Positions 59,499 through 64,000 of a DNA stretch of 64,000 nucleotides are shown one piece after another. Below the pieces are notes generated by a model. It saw only the letters and a program-made list of their open reading frames with translations, made no database searches and was not told the DNA's origin. The position numbers and the translations under genes were made by a program. Position 1 is the stretch's first letter, and every line of letters begins with the position of its first letter. The stretch spans positions 1,556,070 to 1,620,069 of the forward strand of contig MU004236.1 of assembly GCA_010405405.1 (NCBI GenBank). Reading direction: 5' to 3'. Origin of the DNA: Microthyrium microscopicum (lineage: Eukaryota).

Positions 59499-62286
59499 TT
59501 AGAAGAATAAAAGGTCATCATCTGTCCAACCTTGTTCAAGCAACGCAGCATGAGAAGATTTTTCCAATGTTTCTGGTCCGCATAGCAGTATCATCGTATC
59601 CTCTCTTCTGGGAAACTTCTCTCGTAGTAGTACAGGGCCTATCCGACCTCGAGCACCTTCCCAGTCTTTGGGACCTTTCGTTAAGGTGTATACCAGATCA
59701 CACTTGTGAGGATTGTGTTCTGCAAAGTAATCAAGTTCCTCTTTGCAAAGAATATCTTCCAGAAGTCGATTGCCGTTGAGAAGAACGCATTGAGTTTGAT
59801 CGTCCTTATCTTGCATGACGGCACGGAAAACTTGATATATGGGTGTCACGCCGCTACCACCACATATCATATAAAAGTTCTTGACGAACCGTGCCGTGCC
59901 ATTCACAGAACAGTTTCCTTGGCCTAGATATTGGAATTTACCGATTGGGCCTTTGAACTCCAAGTCATCACCGATGGGCAGTGCATCCAAGGCCTTGGTC
60001 ATCTTGCCACCTTTTCGCTCCTTGGTGTCGAAGTATATCTTCACTAAAACATCAAGGTATCCTTTGGCTGATGTCTCTGAAATAGGTGTGTAGCTACGAA
60101 TGACATTTTCTTTTGTTTCCGGATCCTTTATTCGCATCATGACATGTTGTCCAGTTGGAAGGCCAAAGTCTTGCTCGTCATGCTCCAGCTTGAAGGTAAA
60201 GATGCGGCAATCCCACGAGACTGATCGTTTGCCATGCAGTTTGCCTTTAGTCCAGATTCGAGTGTCCAAGAAGATCGGTCTTGGGCCATCAAAAACTTCT
60301 ATCACAGGGCCTGCGGCGAGGATCTTTCTAGCTGCCTCGTCTAGCGAACCGACATGATAGTCTGGCATCATTGCTTTGGCTGTTTCGCTGTCTATCTGAT
60401 TGTTAGCTACAAGTTTGAACGGGAAAATATTGAGGACTTACGTATGGCCATAAACTCTTCAGTGGCGTCCATACCAGCAGCAGAGATGATTGATTGAGCT
60501 CCACCTGGATGATCTTTCATGAATGAGGTTCCATCAAAGACATCGCCATTCACCACAAACCAGGCGCTTTCGACCTTGTCATGTTTCCGTAGTTCGTCAA
60601 TGTCAATGATGGTATCCACGCCATCTTTAGTCATCTTAATATCTTCGGTCTTTACCACTGCAACTACCTCATCTTCAGCGCCGGTCTTTTCGCCCCAGTA
60701 GCCGTTTGTGAGGTCGCCGCCTTCCTTCTTCGTTCTCTCCATCCATCCACCATTCATCAGTGCTGGTTGTGTCGGATGCTCGAACCTGAGCTCCCCATTT
60801 TCATTGTGAATGACAACCCGGAACCATGGGTTGTTCATCATCCCCAAAACCGACCAGTACATATCTCGTGGTTGTAATGCTAGACTCTCATCCATAGCAC
60901 GTACGAACACGTCTTTGGCGGCGGCTAATTCAGTGAGTGGAATATCTAGATTCCAGAAAGCCCAGCAGAAGCTCGTCTCCCTCCACGATACATCAAGAGC
61001 ACCACCATACAAATCTTGATCTCTAGCTTCTCGATATCGATCTTCGGGGTAGTCTAGTTTCGCTAAATTCCAGGTCCGGCCTTTATCGAGGCTGATGTCT
61101 ACACGCGTGACTCGACGCCCACCTCCAGCATATGCGTAGCCACGAAAGTTATATGTTTCTTCGGCTTCCGCTATTGTCAGGCGCTCATCATGCGCGGGAT
61201 GGGCTATTGCTGAGTTGACATTGAGATCATAGATGGCGTAACGGTCGTCTTTCCACCAGTCTTTGTTATCGTCAGCCATCTGTGGCGACACCATGGTGCT
61301 TCATATTGTCAGCATTTGTGAGCGAAATCAAGGGCTAGTACTTACGGAAGTACCCGATTATCGAATATATGGTACCAATTATCGCTTGGTTCGGCAGTAA
61401 TGATTATCTTCTTGAGCCATTTGACACTGCGACCACCTATTTGACCCGGTATCACGGCTCTGAGAGGCTTTCCATGATCTGGTCGAAGCATCTCACCATT
61501 CATCTTCCACGACAGCATGATACCACGATTTGGATCCATGACCCAATTGAGTTTGACAGAAGTGCCATAGAAGCCATTTGGTAGCTTATCGGCGCCCTCC
61601 ATGCAAACATATCGACCTTTTCGCAAGGGCTTCGCTGTTCGAATCACGTCTGCCATGGCGATACCAGTCCATATTGCTGTGGATAAGCCGGCTGGGCCCC
61701 AAGAGAAGCCTTTGGATTTTCGCACTACGTTTTGCTCTTTTCGGCGATTGCCGGCACAAACGAATGTGACTGGATATGTGACATTGGTATATCTTTGTAT
61801 GAGATCCTTGACGGAAAGTGTGATTGGATTTTCCACGAGCCTGTGCTATTGTTAGAGCCAAATAACAGTACTTCATACTCACACATACCCTTCGACGGAA
61901 AATGTCCAATCCATACACTCATCATCTTGAACTTCTGGGACGGCACCATGGTTTCTAACATAAAATAGTTCTGGACTTGTTATGAAACCCTCGTTGTATA
62001 GGTCAGTTAAAGGTGCCTCGCAATTGAACGGGTGAACACCAGTTAGGCGAATCAAACGCGGGTCGCGCAGTACGTGGCTATCCGGTGTATCTTTGTCAAC
62101 ATCTAAAACTTTGGTGGCTGCGGGTGTAGGAGGCGGAAGTGGAAACTCTGGTTCTGCTGAAGGTGATGAACATCCTGTTCGTGAATCTCCAAGTGTACTG
62201 TCGGGGGGTGTAGGTGGAAACTGGTTGCTGTCCTTCAGGACGTCGGTTGACTCGGGTTTGCTAGAGTCTATAGCGGTGGCTTCCAT
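59499..62286 (-). CDS. niaD: Nitrate reductase (Moco, cytochrome b5, FAD/NAD(P)H domains); exons 62286-61889, 61840-61346, 61298-60442, 60391-59499
   Basis: RLTGVHPFNCE, YVRNHG.VP, CAGNRRKEQN, PDHGKPLR, GMMNNPW, HPGG, GLPTGQH, RSYTP, GGSGVTP, CGP. Confidence 0.97.
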
Positions 62287-62430
62287 AACGACGAACAAGA
62301 TATATGAAACTAGTTTGTTTTGGGGTATGAAAGGCCAACGGTAAGATGTTGAGCTAAGAGATTGCGAATGGCTAAAATCATGCCTTACATTGCACAATCA
62401 ACAGCGCTTCAAGCACACTTGAAAAGAGAA

Positions 62431-62801
62431 TGATAAACTTTGGACTTGGCAAGTATGAAGACAAGGTATTTCTTTTTCCATTCCAAGTACTCGGAGTTCA
62501 CCATGATCGGAATCATCCTGTAGATCGCGTTATCAACAGCCTACCATTGACTCCGGAGAAGCGTACAGCATCATTGAAAGAATAAGCTAGCTGGAGAAAC
62601 ACCCGCGGAGGTTCGCTCACCACATACGGTAATGTGGGGAGGGCATATCTTGCAGCAGGCTCGATCAGCATAATGCTTGTAACACCATATTTGAAAATAC
62701 AATAAAAAAAAGTCAGAGTGCCATTCTTGAATCTGAACAACGTGTTGCATCAACTGCCAGTTGTTGGTGTTCTTGAATCAGAGAAAGCCTTTGATCGATA
62801 A
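62431..62801. promoter_or_regulatory. NirA-type and GATA sites upstream of niaD
   Basis: CTCCGCGG (minus) 62603-62610 (exact); TGATAA 62431, TTATCA 62530, GATAA 62797. Confidence 0.65.
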
Positions 62802-64000
62802 GGACAAAACATCTCCCAGCTACATCGTTACTGAAATCTTTGGTAATGGTGTCCAAACTGCCGAAAGGATCTGATGATGGGGAATTCAGGTTCTGTGTGG
62901 TTCGTCGCAAATTCGTTCGCCTCCTGTCTAGAGATCCAGAACCATTCCCAAAAAGGAATGGTGTTATCTTTTCCTTTTCGGCCAATCACAGCCCTTGCTT
63001 TGCAACTTCCATCTCGTGTAACTACGGTACCGCGATATAAACTTCGCCATCTCCGAACCCCATGTGCCTCTGTCGGCGAAGTCACCTCGTTTGAAGCAGA
63101 CCCAGAATAGTCAGAGTTGTAATTCTTGACCTTGGATGGTGGTCGTATTCCCCATCCTCTCACGTATACCGCACCTGGAGAGATTATCAAGAAAATATCA
63201 ACAGAATAACCAAGCTACGACTTGCCCAAGCTTCCATGGCCATCCTACGTTTGTTCCAAATTCAATTCCACTGCTCACTCTTTCAACTCGTTCCGAGTGA
63301 TGTTAGGTATTTTGAAGTCGAACTGCCTGACAGTGCGCATTTCTCAAACATTTGGGCCAGCAGGTGTCATTCAACTATTGTCCTATGACATTCCCATACT
63401 GCATTCTGAAGCAGCGGAGTGAACATCTTGAAAGCTGATTTGCAAACAGACCCTTTTTTGGCGATGACAGCTCATCAACGCCCGCCAAAAATGAAGGACC
63501 TTCGACATACAGTATATCATCATCTGGAATCGTCACGTCACTCAATACCATTGATGGCCACTCATAATAATGCTCATTAGCTGTACTAGGTCATGTCCAA
63601 AAATAGTCAGGGTAGTTGCTGGGTCTTTCCCAATCCGTGATGAATATGTCCCAACCAGGACCAAAAGAGCCTGGATAGGCGAAGATTTCGATTTGGGAGA
63701 TGTGCAACTATTGAACCCTACCAGCGGCCCATCCATTGGTAAGGAACCTTCGGCGCCGTGAAAGCTGATCGGGGACATGAAAATACCATCCAAGCTGTAA
63801 GCGTGCAATGTACAACATTACTTCTGCCATCTAGGCTCGGCTATACACCCCCAAATATGGCTGATTATATCAATGATCAATGACCAACTCATGAGGCTGT
63901 TGTGGTCGCCGCTTTATCAAAACAAACACCCCATATTCGGCGCAATTTGGTAGTATTCGAGTGTTGATTCCGTACGTTGTGAGAGCCTTCTATTACGCTT

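Overview
Gene-dense fragment of a filamentous ascomycete genome (Pezizomycotina; Dothideomycetes is plausible but is only an inference), with short GT-AG introns and CTRAC/CTAAT branch points. Conserved genes read from the sequence: a Pth11-like membrane protein, kynurenine aminotransferase (BNA3), Rxt3, BTN1/CLN3, ATP5, RPS8, MGS1, a PFK2/FBPase2, cytochrome c, a Tos4-like FHA protein, PPT1, a STYX-like phosphatase, an NADP-dependent ADH, a MARVEL-like protein, CENP-S/MHF1, PGA2, and tandem nitrate and nitrite reductases with NirA/GATA sites. There are also several orphan ORFs. The AT-rich island at 33668-36960 is a RIP-inactivated Fot1/pogo (DD35D) DNA transposon with 70-bp TIRs, a TA target duplication, a spliceosomal intron and an unusually long C-terminal frame. 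The most notable observations are a strongly self-complementary first intron and two CCAAT-N12-ATT (CBC/HapX-type) motifs at cytochrome c, a short Opy2-N-domain protein with no cytoplasmic tail, a CX5K STYX-like pseudophosphatase candidate, a 612-nt structured Rxt3 intron, and repeated C-rich to G-rich skew flips inside genes. I found no convincing wholly new multi-gene system. Exon coordinates were read by hand and may be off by a few bases.
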